From Bdellovibrionaceae bacterium UBA2339 (GTDB lineage: Bacteria > Bdellovibrionota > Bdellovibrionia > Bdellovibrionales > JAMPXM01), in the NCBI GenBank assembly GCA_002344785.1, contig DDUL01000047.1, forward strand, positions 2,247 to 66,246: a stretch of 64,000 nucleotides of DNA, given 5' to 3'. The notes below the pieces were generated by a model. It saw only the letters and a program-made list of their open reading frames with translations. It was not told where the DNA came from and made no database searches. Position numbers and translations under genes: made by a program. Numbering within the stretch: position 1 is the stretch's first letter; every line of letters begins with the position of its first letter. This document shows positions 45,344 to 54,080 of the stretch, piece by piece.

Positions 45344-46321
45344 TTAACGCTGGCGCTTCTTGGTGTAGGCCTTCGCCCAGCTTCGCACTCGAGGTAAAGT
45401 GGCGAACAGGAACTCCAGCAAGAGTCTTCGTGGAACGAATCGACGCAAGTAATAGAAGACTTCGGCGTCGTAAGTTGCTGGGATCCACAGCGGCGGATTT
45501 TTTCTTTGAATGGTCTTCAGAATTCGCCGAGCGACGGCCTGAGGAGTTGTGAGGCTTAAGCCCATTAGGCGCTCGATGAAGGGAGTCATGTGCAGATAGT
45601 AGTCGGCGTACAGTCCCGTGCTTGGATGTTCAGGGCCTGATTGGGTTGAGTATTTGACGTTCATGAAGGACTTGGATCGAACAAAGCCGGGCTGAATGAG
45701 GCTGACATTGATGCCGAGCGGTCGCACCTCATACCAAAGTGCTTCGCTGATTCCTTCAAGGGCATACTTCGAGGCGCTGTAGGAACCCATCGTCGGCATC
45801 GCCAACATGCCGCTCACAGATGAGACATTGATGATCTTGCCTCGTCCAATTTTTCGCATGGAAGGTAAGACGCCACGAATGAGGGCGACAGGGCCAAAAT
45901 AGTTAGCGTCGAATTGATCGAGCTCTTCGGCGGCGCTCATATGCTCGACAACAGCTCGGTAGCTGACCCCGGCATTGTTGACCAACACATTGACGCCCGT
46001 CCATCGTGAGTTGATTTCCTCAAGCAAGCGGTTTCGATCAGTTTCTGAAGTCACATCAAGGGGCCGGATCCAGAATCGATCGGATTCACGAAACTTGCTG
46101 CGCAAGACTTCAAGAGACTTGCTTCTCGCGGTGATCACAACTCGGTATTGAGTTTGTTGTTCAAGTAATTCCGCAAGTGCCAAGCCAATTCCCGAACTGC
46201 AGCCGGTCACGAGAATGACGGGCTTGATTTTGCCGGATGGCGCATCTCGAGCTGCGACCTCGTCTGTGTTCGGTTGAGACTTAAACAAGCGACTTGCGCT
46301 TTCTAAGCTGCTCAAAGCCAA
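45344..46321 (-). CDS. Short-chain dehydrogenase/reductase (classical SDR)
   Basis: Motifs TGCSSGIG (TGxxxGIG), NNAG and the catalytic YSASK. Confidence 0.85.
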   Translation of the reverse strand: MALSSLESASRLFKSQPNTDEVAARDAPSGKIKPVILVTGCSSGIGLALAELLEQQTQYRVVITARSKSLEVLRSKFRESDRFWIRPLDVTSETDRNRLLEEINSRWTGVNVLVNNAGVSYRAVVEHMSAAEELDQFDANYFGPVALIRGVLPSMRKIGRGKIINVSSVSGMLAMPTMGSYSASKYALEGISEALWYEVRPLGINVSLIQPGFVRSKSFMNVKYSTQSGPEHPSTGLYADYYLHMTPFIERLMGLSLTTPQAVARRILKTIQRKNPPLWIPATYDAEVFYYLRRFVPRRLLLEFLFATLPRVRSWAKAYTKKRQR

Positions 46322-46514
46322 GCTCGAGTGCCCTGAGGAACACGGAATTCTTTTTGAGCTTGATTCGTCGGTATTCGGGCTGATTGGAAAGCAGCGCGAG
46401 GATCGACTCGAATTCGTCCACGAAGGCGTCCTTCTCGTCCCGACTGACTCTGAAACCCAATATGGGGTAGTTGGCGTTGATGTCGATGGACTTTTTCTTT
46501 CGTTCTGGTGGCAT
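46281..46514 (-). CDS. Small hypothetical protein, possibly ribbon-helix-helix DNA-binding
   Basis: 77 aa. A basic N-terminus and beta-strand (ILGFRVS) are followed by two helices (DEKDAFVDEFESIL; NSVFLRALELGFEQL), as in MobC/CopG-type RHH proteins. There is no SD. The ORF overlaps the SDR start by 41 nt. Coding status is uncertain. Confidence 0.3.
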   Translation of the reverse strand: MPPERKKKSIDINANYPILGFRVSRDEKDAFVDEFESILALLSNQPEYRRIKLKKNSVFLRALELGFEQLRKRKSLV

Positions 46515-46517
46515 ATG

Positions 46518-46558
46518 ATAATTATCGGATAATTATAAAATATAGATCAAATAATTAT
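46518..46558. promoter_or_regulatory. Three copies of the 8-bp palindrome ATAATTAT at 11- and 22-bp spacing (candidate operator/promoter)
   Basis: The copies are at 46518-25, 46529-36 and 46551-58. The first is embedded in the 10-bp palindrome GATAATTATC and begins 4 nt upstream of the ATG at 46514. Confidence 0.4.
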
Positions 46559-46960
46559 TTGCTAAAGTTTCTGGAGGGAGTTGCCGAAGAGTTTTGAGGA
46601 TGCCCCTGCAAGGGCCCCATGAAACGGAGCGTTTGTGAATTATCTGAAGCGACTTGAGCGCGAACTGATTCGGGACTGGCAAAGACTCCAAGAGGAGATC
46701 AATCCGGCCCTCAAAGCTCTGGCCATCAAGGCCTACTACGTGAAATTTGAGCTGTATCGCCAATCGCGCGCGTGGAACCAAGAGTTGGTCACCCGAGTTT
46801 GAATGAGCCTGAGCGCTCTGTCGTCGAAGCAGAACTCAAGAGCTGTCGGACTTTGCGGATCCAGAAACCGCGGCGCCGAGAAAACGGCGCGTCAGAATTT
46901 TTGAGTCGCTTCGATCTTAAATCCTTCGAAGCAGTCTTTCTGACGGAGAGGCACCCCTGA

Positions 46961-46988
46961 AACGACAAAACCCGCTTGATGGCGGGTT
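46961..46988 (-). terminator. Rho-independent terminator downstream of the tRNA pair
   Basis: On the minus strand: AACCCGC-CATCAA-GCGGGTT followed by TTTGTCGTTT. Confidence 0.5.
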
Positions 46989-47018
46989 CTCAGTCGGATC
47001 CTCTCAGTCGGAAAAAGT

Positions 47019-47094
47019 TGGCGTCCCCATGGGGATTTGAACCCCAGTATCCACCGTGAAAGGGTGGTGTCCTAGGCCACTAGACGATGGGGAC
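47019..47094 (-). tRNA. tRNA-Glu (anticodon UUC), CCA encoded
   Basis: I folded it manually: acceptor GTCCCCA/TGGGGAC, D-arm GTCT/GGAC, anticodon stem CCACC/GGTGG with loop CTTTCAC, T-arm TGGGG-TTCAAAT-CCCCA, discriminator G, CCA. Length 76 nt. Confidence 0.95.
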
Positions 47095-47131
47095 CCGAGA
47101 CATTTGCGATCAGACTTCGCGCTTGAGAAAG

Positions 47132-47207
47132 TGGTGAGCCGCGATGGATTTGAACCATCGACCCCATCCTTAAAAGGGATGTGCTCTACCGGCTGAGCTA
47201 GCGGCTC
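47132..47207 (-). tRNA. tRNA-Lys (anticodon UUU), CCA encoded
   Basis: I folded it manually: acceptor GAGCCGC/GCGGCTC, D-arm GCTC/GAGC, anticodon stem CATCC/GGATG with loop CTTTTAA, T-arm GATGG-TTCAAAT-CCATC, discriminator A, CCA. Length 76 nt. Confidence 0.95.
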
Positions 47208-47354
47208 GTCACCAGGTCAAAAGCGAGGCGCCAAATTCCGATTTTTAGCTCTTACTGTCAACTAGAATGGAAGAAATCTGCGGGCAGTGGCGGAAGGATC
47301 TGTGAGCCGGTGGCCTCGCGAACATGCTGAAACTTCAAGCAAATTCGCGAGCCC

Positions 47355-48650
47355 TTAGGAGAACAGCGGCTTGATCCAGAGGGTTTGCTCGCGGCCGGGG
47401 CCGACGGAGACAACATCAATCGGTGTGGCGACCTCGCTGGCGACAAACTGGATGTAGTCGCGTGCGGCTTGCGGCAGATCCTGAAGCGCGCGCACGTTTC
47501 GCAGATCACCCGACCAACCGCTCAGCGTGCGGTACACCGGCTCAACGCGCGTGAGGTCCGTCGATGAGACGGGGAGTTCTTTGATCTCTTGTCCGTCGAG
47601 GCGATAGGCAGTGCAAACTTCGATGCGCTCGTGCCCGCTCAGTACATCCAACTTCATCAGCGCGAGCGAAGTGATGCCGTTGACGCGAATGGCGTACTTG
47701 AGCGCGACCAAGTCGAGCCAGCCGCAGCGACGCGGTCGTCCTGTGGTGGCGCCGAACTCGCCGCCTTCTTGGCGCAGGCGCTCGGCCAGATCGCCTTGGA
47801 TTTCCGTAGGAAAGGGGCCTGAGCCCACGCGCGTGGTGTAGGCCTTCGTGATGCCGACAATTTTCTGCACGAGGTTCGGGCCGACGCCTGAGCCGACGCA
47901 AGCCGAGCCCGAGAGCGTGGAGCTTGAAGTGACGAAAGGGTAAGTGCCGTGCAGGAGATCCAGCATGGTGCCTTGCGCGCCTTCGAACAAAACTTTGCGG
48001 CCGCCTTTGAGGGCTTTGTGGATGATGAACGAGGCGTCCTTGCAGCGGTAGGGCTCAAGTTCTTCCGCAAGAGCCAGCACTTCGCGCTCGACGTCTTCCA
48101 CCGCCACGGGCTTGGCGTTGTAGAACTTCTCAAGCAAGAAGTTCTTCTCTTTCAATGAGTGCTCCAGTTTCTCGCGAAGCTTGGCGCGATCAAACAGATC
48201 GCTGAACAAAATCGCGCGGCGCGAAGCTCGGTCTTCATAGGCGGGACCAATGCCCTTGCCGGTGGTGCCGATCTTTTCGTTGCCGAGTGCGGCCTCGCGC
48301 GCTTGATCGAGTTGTCGGTGATAAGACAAGAGCACGGTGCACTGATCGGAAATGCGCAGCTGCTCGGGATTTGCCAACACGCCTGCGGCCTTGAGGTCGC
48401 GGATTTCTTTGGCCACTTCGGCGAGATCCAGCACCACGCCTGCCGCAATCATGCAGGTGGTTTTTGGATGCAGAATTCCGCTCGGGACCAGATGCAATAC
48501 GGTTTTGACATTATTGACCACCAGCGTGTGGCCGGCGTTGGCGCCGCCTTGGTAGCGCACCACGAAGTCCGCGTGTGCGGAGAAGACGTCGACGACTTTA
48601 CCTTTGCCTTCGTCGCCCCACTGGGCGCCGACTACGATTAAGCCCGGCAT
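47355..48650 (-). CDS. purA: Adenylosuccinate synthase
   Basis: The real start is ATG 48650 (MPGLIVVGAQWGDEGKGKVVD, the canonical PurA N-terminus), with GGAGG 5 nt upstream. The track ORF extends spuriously to 48992. Also present: GTTGKGIGPAYEDK-like GTTGKGIGPAYEDR and GATTGRPRRCGW. Confidence 0.95.
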   Translation of the reverse strand: MPGLIVVGAQWGDEGKGKVVDVFSAHADFVVRYQGGANAGHTLVVNNVKTVLHLVPSGILHPKTTCMIAAGVVLDLAEVAKEIRDLKAAGVLANPEQLRISDQCTVLLSYHRQLDQAREAALGNEKIGTTGKGIGPAYEDRASRRAILFSDLFDRAKLREKLEHSLKEKNFLLEKFYNAKPVAVEDVEREVLALAEELEPYRCKDASFIIHKALKGGRKVLFEGAQGTMLDLLHGTYPFVTSSSTLSGSACVGSGVGPNLVQKIVGITKAYTTRVGSGPFPTEIQGDLAERLRQEGGEFGATTGRPRRCGWLDLVALKYAIRVNGITSLALMKLDVLSGHERIEVCTAYRLDGQEIKELPVSSTDLTRVEPVYRTLSGWSGDLRNVRALQDLPQAARDYIQFVASEVATPIDVVSVGPGREQTLWIKPLFS

Positions 48651-48750
48651 AAATCCTCCGCCATCGACAAGTGCATTCCGGATTGGTTCACGATGATCGA
48701 AGCCGAGAAAGTCGCAGACTTGACGAGCTTTATCAAGCCTGCGCCGAGGG

Positions 48751-49755
48751 CTATGGGTTAAAGCGACTTGTGTACCACTCCGCTTGCGGCGGCAGCATGT
48801 TCGGAGCGTCGAGGCCTTGCGTGCCCTCAATTGCCCCAAGTAATTGCAAAAGGCTTGACGCCGCCTGCAGAGAGGCCTCTCGGAAGGCGGCCTCAGTGAG
48901 AGCGCCCATGTGAGGTGTGCACAGAACTTGCGGATGCGACCAAAGTGGCGAGTCCGCAGGCAAAGGCTCACGCGCGAACACATCCAGCGCAAACACTCCC
49001 GCGCCCCCGGCCTTCAAATGCGTCAGCAAATTGTCTTCGGCAAGGACTTCGCCGCGCGAAGTGTTGATCAGAATTTGACCTTCGCGCAGATGCTGCAAGT
49101 GACCGCCGTGAATGAGCCGGCGCGTTTCATCGGTGAGTGGCACATGCAGGCTGATCACATCGGCGGCATGAATCAATTCGTCCAGCGCCAATCGATCCGC
49201 TCCGATGTTGCCGAAGGCCTCGTCGTCCAAGTACGGATCATAGGCGACCAGCTTCATGCCGAAAGCCTGTGCGATGCGGCCGACTCGGCGGCCGATGCGA
49301 CCGAGTCCCACAATACCGTAGGTGCGACCACTTAGGTTTTCGCCCAGCAATTCATCGCGCGAAGCCCAGCGGGCCTCCGTCTGCGCGCGCCAGGCGCTGT
49401 TTAACTTTCGTGCGGCTGTCAGCGCGAGGGCCCAAGTCAACTCGGCCGCCGGAGCCGTATGCGCATCAGGCGTATAAGCCAATCGCACGCCGCGCTCTTG
49501 GGCCGCGGCCAAGTCCATATGCTCAAAGCCCGCCGTGGCGGTGACGGCCGCGCGAAGCTCGGGTGCTTGAGCCAAGCGCGCGCGTGTGAGCGCAAACTTG
49601 CTTCGCACGATCAGCCCATTGCAGGCGGCGAGATCCGCACCACTTTTGACATCCACAATGCGCGCGTTCTTTTTGCCGTGAAGCTTTTCCGTCAGCCAGG
49701 CACGAGCTTCAGCATGAAAACGATCGGCCACGCCGACGACAAAGCCATCTTTCAT
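48751..49755 (-). CDS. D-isomer-specific 2-hydroxyacid dehydrogenase (phosphoglycerate-dehydrogenase-like, no ACT domain)
   Basis: NAD-binding GIVGLGRIGRRVG, LHVPLT, SRG and a catalytic His in TPHMGA. There is a 4-nt overlap with the upstream aminotransferase gene. Confidence 0.8.
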   Translation of the reverse strand: MKDGFVVGVADRFHAEARAWLTEKLHGKKNARIVDVKSGADLAACNGLIVRSKFALTRARLAQAPELRAAVTATAGFEHMDLAAAQERGVRLAYTPDAHTAPAAELTWALALTAARKLNSAWRAQTEARWASRDELLGENLSGRTYGIVGLGRIGRRVGRIAQAFGMKLVAYDPYLDDEAFGNIGADRLALDELIHAADVISLHVPLTDETRRLIHGGHLQHLREGQILINTSRGEVLAEDNLLTHLKAGGAGVFALDVFAREPLPADSPLWSHPQVLCTPHMGALTEAAFREASLQAASSLLQLLGAIEGTQGLDAPNMLPPQAEWYTSRFNP

Positions 49756-50999
49756 CGGGGGCCCTCGCTGCGCGTGGGGTTTGCTAATACAAACGGATGC
49801 TGAGTCAGCACATCCGCGGCAACCTGCAAGGCATCGCGGCGCTGAGTGGGCGAAACCGAACCAGGTCGCATGCTCTCGAGCGAGTCCGCAAGGCCCGCGA
49901 TGGCGGCGAGCAGATCTTCATCGCGAATGTAGCCCATATGCCCAAGTCGCAGCACTCGCCCTTTGAGTTGATCTTGTCCGCCCATGAGGATGAGGCCGTG
50001 TTCGACTTCCAACTTCTCTCGCCACTTTTGTCCATCAAGGCCTTCAGGCACGGCGATCGCGGTCAGCGTGGGAGCTGGCACGCGCGGAAAAACTTTGAGT
50101 CCAAGATGGGGAAGCGCGGATCGAGTCGCTAGCGACAGGCCCGCAATGCGATGCTGCCAATGTGAGGCGCCGACGGCCTCGATGCGCGAAAGTATGAATT
50201 CAAGAGCGCGAAGCAAGGGTACGGGTGAGGAGAAATGCGATTCGCCGCGCTGATTGGCGGCAAGCTCCGCGCGAATGTCGAAATAGCTGCGCGGCGCTCG
50301 CGCCTGAGGAATCTTTTGCCAAGCGCGCTGACTCCACGCCACCAGGGCCAGGCCTGTGGGCAGCATGAAAGCCTTTTGGCTGCCGCCCACCATGCCGTCG
50401 ATGTCCCACGCATCCATCGGCAGCGACATCGCACCGAGTGCGGTGATCGCATCGAGCAGCACCAAAGTTTCACTATGGCGTGCGCGCGCGATCTGCGCGA
50501 TCTCGCGCACCGGATGCAAAGCGCCTGTCGAAGTTTCGCAGACCTGAGACATGAGAATTTGCAGCGGCTCTTGATCGCGAAGCCAAACTTGCAACTTGTG
50601 CGGATCGACCGACTCGCCCCATGGCACTTCAAAGCGACTGAGCTTCGCACCATAAGCTTGCGCCATCTCCGCCCAGCGCTCGCCGAATTTTCCGCTCACG
50701 ATCACACCCACGCGATCACCGGGCGAGAGCACATTGACGAGCAAAGACTCCATGCCGCCTGAGCCTGTGCAAGTTTGCACAAAGGCTGGCTGGTTTGTGC
50801 CGAACACGCGAGGCAAAAGCGCGAGTAGATTTCGATACACCTTCAAGAATTCCGGCGTACGGTGATGCTCGATCGGTCGCGCCAAAATTTCGAGCACCTC
50901 GGGAGGTACGGGCACCGGCCCAGGAGTGAGAAGTCTCGCGGGCCTTGCCGCGTGCGCGTTTGGGGGAGCTTTGAGATTAAAATCAGCTGGCGAGTTCAC
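49752..50999 (-). CDS. Class-V pyridoxal-phosphate aminotransferase (serine/alanine-glyoxylate or phosphoserine aminotransferase type)
   Basis: N-terminal LLTPGPVPVPPEV and the PLP-lysine block GGSQKAFMLPTGLA. It is operonic with the 2-hydroxyacid dehydrogenase, an arrangement typical of the phosphorylated serine pathway. Confidence 0.8.
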   Translation of the reverse strand: MNSPADFNLKAPPNAHAARPARLLTPGPVPVPPEVLEILARPIEHHRTPEFLKVYRNLLALLPRVFGTNQPAFVQTCTGSGGMESLLVNVLSPGDRVGVIVSGKFGERWAEMAQAYGAKLSRFEVPWGESVDPHKLQVWLRDQEPLQILMSQVCETSTGALHPVREIAQIARARHSETLVLLDAITALGAMSLPMDAWDIDGMVGGSQKAFMLPTGLALVAWSQRAWQKIPQARAPRSYFDIRAELAANQRGESHFSSPVPLLRALEFILSRIEAVGASHWQHRIAGLSLATRSALPHLGLKVFPRVPAPTLTAIAVPEGLDGQKWREKLEVEHGLILMGGQDQLKGRVLRLGHMGYIRDEDLLAAIAGLADSLESMRPGSVSPTQRRDALQVAADVLTQHPFVLANPTRSEGPR

Positions 51000-51245
51000 A
51001 AGGCCTTTCGTCTGCGGGCTTGTCGACGGATGACTGCGATCCGATCCGTGCAGAACGGATGCGCAGAAATCCGACTTGAGCAGACTGAATCAGAGCAGAC
51101 TGAACCAGAGCGGCGCGAAACAGGTGGCGCTTCCTTCGAAGCTCTCCTTGAAGAGCGACCGCCTCATCGCTAAACTCATCGCATGCCAACCCGCCCTATG
51201 GGAATACCTCAGCCACGCTTTTTCCGAACTCGCGCAGCGTGTCTT

Positions 51246-51836
51246 ATGTCATTTCGCGCTGATCGTGCGCTCAGCATGGGTGTGGGGGCGATTCTCATGG
51301 CTTTTGCGCTCAGCTCTTGTGCGTATTCATGGGGCCTGGGGCCTCGGCGTTTGCCGGAAGGTCACACGCGACTGGCGATCCCCGTGTTCAAGAATCGCAC
51401 GCATGAGGCGGGCGCCGAAGTGGCGTTCACCAATTCGATGATTCGCGAGTTTCAACGCTCGCGCATTGGACAGATCGTCGATAAGCGCGAAGCCGAAGTG
51501 GTGCTGGAAGGCAGCGTGGATGAGATCGTGTCGACTTCGGTTGACCAGTTGAAAGTCGACCAGCTGGGCGGTTTGATTCCGCAAGGAACCATCTTGAACA
51601 CGGTTTATCGCGTGACGGTTCACACGAGCTTGCAGCTGAAGCGCGTGAGCGATGGACGCATCATTTGGTCGGACTCGTTCAGTGGTGAGCGTAGCTATCT
51701 GGCGCCAAAGCTGGGTCTAGAAGGCTTGAATTCGGCCAACGCGCTTTACAATCACAGCGCTCGCCAGGAGTTGATCGCGGCGATGGCTGTGGATGTGATG
51801 GCCGAGGCCCATGGCCGCCTGACGGAGAATTTCTGA
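51246..51836 (+). CDS. lptE: LPS-assembly lipoprotein LptE-like
   Basis: I prefer the start at ATG 51246 (MSFRADRALSMGVGAILMAFALSSC, lipobox LSSC). The block IPVFKNRTHEAGAEVAFTNSMIREF resembles the LptE family. It lies immediately upstream of holA, the conserved lptE-holA synteny. Confidence 0.55.
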   Translation: MSFRADRALSMGVGAILMAFALSSCAYSWGLGPRRLPEGHTRLAIPVFKNRTHEAGAEVAFTNSMIREFQRSRIGQIVDKREAEVVLEGSVDEIVSTSVDQLKVDQLGGLIPQGTILNTVYRVTVHTSLQLKRVSDGRIIWSDSFSGERSYLAPKLGLEGLNSANALYNHSARQELIAAMAVDVMAEAHGRLTENF

Positions 51837-52870
51837 TGGCCGCCACAGAGATGACCTACAACCGCCTCACGCAAGTGCTCAAAAAGAACGAGTTCGCGCC
51901 GCTGTATCTATTCTTTGGCGAAGAGAGCTTTCTTTCCGAGCGCGCCGCCGGGGATGTGGTTCAGGCGGTGGTGCCCGAGGGATATCGCGACTTCAATCTG
52001 AGTGTGTTCGACGGACAAGACTGCGACGTGAACCGAGTCCGCGATGCGCTGGAAACCTTGCCGATGATGGCGCCGAATCGCTTGGTGCGCCTCGATCAGG
52101 CCGATGAATTGAAGGACAAGGAATGGGACGTGCTCATGCCGGTCATCGAACAGATGGCCGCCGGGCGCTTGACGGGTGTGGTGTTGGTGGTGCTGGCGCG
52201 CAAGATCGACAAGCGCAAAAAACACTGGAAGCGTTTGTTGGAAAGCGGCGTGCAGATGGAGTGCAAGCGCCCCTATGAAAATCAAATTCCGGACTGGATT
52301 GATTTTTTGGGCGAAAGACATCGCATCGGCTTCGACGAAGATTCGCGCTTGGCGCTCCAGCAGGTGGTGGGCTCGCACCTCCATGATCTCGATGGCGAAA
52401 TTCGAAAGCTCTCCATTTACCTGGGCGGACGCGACGGCAGCAAAAAGGTGCAAGCCAAAGTTGAAGATGTGCTGAAGGTGGTCTCGCGCGTACGACACGA
52501 ATCCGTCTTCGATTTCACGGATGCCGTCGGTCGCGGCGATCGCGCCCGCGCGCTCTACTGCTTGGCGAATCTGCTGGATCAAGGTCAAAACGAGATGGGG
52601 ATCTTGGCGCTCGTGGGTCGGCACGTGCGAATTTTGCGCTCGATTCTTGAGGGCTCGCGCGAGGGACTGGTCGGCCAGAAGCTCGCGGCTCGCGCCGGTG
52701 TCTCGCCGTTTTTCCTTCGCGATTATGTGGATCAGTCCAAGCTGTGGTCGGCCAACAAGTTGGACCAAGCGCTCGAGGCGCTGCTCGATACGGATCGCGC
52801 GCTGAAGTCTTCGCCGATGTCGTCGCACATTTGGCTGGAGAATTTCGTTTTGCGCATTTGTTCGCACTAA
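51836..52870 (+). CDS. holA: DNA polymerase III subunit delta
   Basis: 344 aa. The N-terminal LYLFFGEESFLSERA and the overall helical C-terminal domains fit HolA. It is in synteny with lptE. The start overlaps the lptE stop (ATGA-type junction TGATG). Confidence 0.8.
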   Translation: MAATEMTYNRLTQVLKKNEFAPLYLFFGEESFLSERAAGDVVQAVVPEGYRDFNLSVFDGQDCDVNRVRDALETLPMMAPNRLVRLDQADELKDKEWDVLMPVIEQMAAGRLTGVVLVVLARKIDKRKKHWKRLLESGVQMECKRPYENQIPDWIDFLGERHRIGFDEDSRLALQQVVGSHLHDLDGEIRKLSIYLGGRDGSKKVQAKVEDVLKVVSRVRHESVFDFTDAVGRGDRARALYCLANLLDQGQNEMGILALVGRHVRILRSILEGSREGLVGQKLAARAGVSPFFLRDYVDQSKLWSANKLDQALEALLDTDRALKSSPMSSHIWLENFVLRICSH

Positions 52871-52983
52871 ACCGCGGCTTGGATCTGAGCCGCCACTGGG
52901 GCCGGGCATTTTGAAAAGCACATTCAGGTGGCCCAGCCCGAGGTCCAGCTTTCAAGCTTCGGCCCCTGTTCGCCGATACGAAA

Positions 52984-53568
52984 GTGATGGTCTTTCGACA
53001 CTTTGTTGAACAAGCCAAGCTTGAGGACTCGCGTTCGGGAACGCGACGTGCGCCTCGTCGAACCTATCGGCGGCCCATGGGCCTCTTGTTCGATGGCGAA
53101 TATCAGGTGATTGAAGGGCGTCAACTCTCCGAAGGCGGAGCCATGATCGTGGTGCCAGCGTCCTTGGCGCGACGATGGACGGCGGGACGTTCCGGCACAC
53201 TGGCGTTGATCTTGCCGGAGCAATTGGGGGCCGATACCGAGGGCAAAGCGAACTCGGACGAAGGGGCGATGGTGCTTCGGGCGGTCGCGATCTATCAAAA
53301 CGCAGTGCCTGAAGGAGTCGCGATCGGCTTGAAGTTTACGGAACTTCCGTTTCAGCATCGTCGACGGATTCGAAACTATGTGGCGGCGAAGTCCGCCGAT
53401 GAAGTCGCGTTTGAGACTCAAGGCGGGCGCGATGCCCAGCGGGCGGCATCCGAGTCTGAGCCGCTTGGGGATGGCGCATCGGCCTCCTCGGGCGGGCCGA
53501 GTCCGGCTTCGCCGATTGGGCCGAGCGATCACTTTACCCGCGCCAAGCCGCCACAGGCGGGTTCATAA
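52984..53568 (+). CDS. PilZ domain-containing protein
   Basis: RRAPRR (RxxxR) is followed about 25 aa later by QLSEGGAMI (D/N-x-S-x-x-G with Gln in first position) and GIGLKF. The C-terminal tail is low-complexity. Confidence 0.55.
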   Translation: MMVFRHFVEQAKLEDSRSGTRRAPRRTYRRPMGLLFDGEYQVIEGRQLSEGGAMIVVPASLARRWTAGRSGTLALILPEQLGADTEGKANSDEGAMVLRAVAIYQNAVPEGVAIGLKFTELPFQHRRRIRNYVAAKSADEVAFETQGGRDAQRAASESEPLGDGASASSGGPSPASPIGPSDHFTRAKPPQAGS

Positions 53569-53595
53569 CGGCGAGGCTTGAGCCTGCGTGGGAAA

Positions 53596-53625
53596 TAAAA
53601 AAAGGAGGCCAAGGCCTCCTTTTTC
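53596..53625. terminator. Bidirectional rho-independent terminator between the PilZ gene (+) and rpsT (-)
   Basis: AAAAAAAGGAGGCC-AA-GGCCTCCTTTTT has a perfect stem flanked by an A-run and a T-run. Confidence 0.75.
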
Positions 53626-53684
53626 ATTTGGTCATCGCTCATCGAGGCCAATCGCAAAATTGGTTCGGCCTCAGGTGAAGCGAC

Positions 53685-53951
53685 TTATTTCGATGCGGCT
53701 TTGTGAGCCAGCTTCGCGAGGCGGCTCATTTTTCGAGCCACTGTCTTCTTGTGCATAGCGCCCTTCGCGACGGCTTTGCTGAATTTGGAATTCAACTCTT
53801 TGAGAGCTTCGGGAACGGCCTTTTTGTCGCTGGCCAAAAGCGAGCGAACTTTCTTTTCAACCGTGCGAACCGCAGCTTTAGTTTGCGAGTTGCGTGCGTT
53901 GCGACGGACATCCTGACGAGCGCGTTTTTCTGCGGACTTATGAGTTGCCAA
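53685..53951 (-). CDS. rpsT: 30S ribosomal protein S20
   Basis: 88 aa. MATHKSAEKRARQDVRRNARN is the canonical S20 N-terminus, and the composition is highly basic. Confidence 0.95.
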   Translation of the reverse strand: MATHKSAEKRARQDVRRNARNSQTKAAVRTVEKKVRSLLASDKKAVPEALKELNSKFSKAVAKGAMHKKTVARKMSRLAKLAHKAASK

Positions 53952-54038
53952 GGGTTAACCTCCCCAATAACGACAGAGGGAGAAGGCGTAACACGTCGCA
54001 CCCCGGTTTTGCAACACTTTGTCAGGGCCCAAGTCAGG

Positions 54039-54080
54039 GGCCGAACATGGGCCGAACATGAGCCGAACATGAGCCGAAGT
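54039..54080 (+). repeat. 11-bp tandem repeat (3.8 units) spanning the murJ start codon
   Basis: ggccgaacatg / ggccgaacatg / agccgaacatg / agccgaagt. Each full unit carries an ATG (54047, 54058, 54069). Confidence 0.9.

Noticed and set aside
46517-46536. Fur box
   Set aside because: GATAATTATC-GGATAATTAT contains GATAAT hexamers reminiscent of the Fur consensus GATAATGATAATCATTATC. The 19-bp consensus is not reproduced, and no iron-related gene is adjacent. I describe it instead as phased ATAATTAT palindromes.
45344-47018. Genomic island integrated at the 3' end of tRNA-Glu
   Set aside because: The AT-rich gap and small ORFs next to the tRNA 3' end suggested this. However, there is no integrase, no recombinase and no visible direct repeat of the tRNA 3' segment. 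The neighbouring genes are ordinary (an SDR and histidine kinases).
51908-52921. 337-aa ORF antisense to holA
   Set aside because: It is a shadow ORF. holA on the plus strand has the conserved N-terminus and lptE synteny. The antisense product is Arg/His/Gln-rich and low-complexity.
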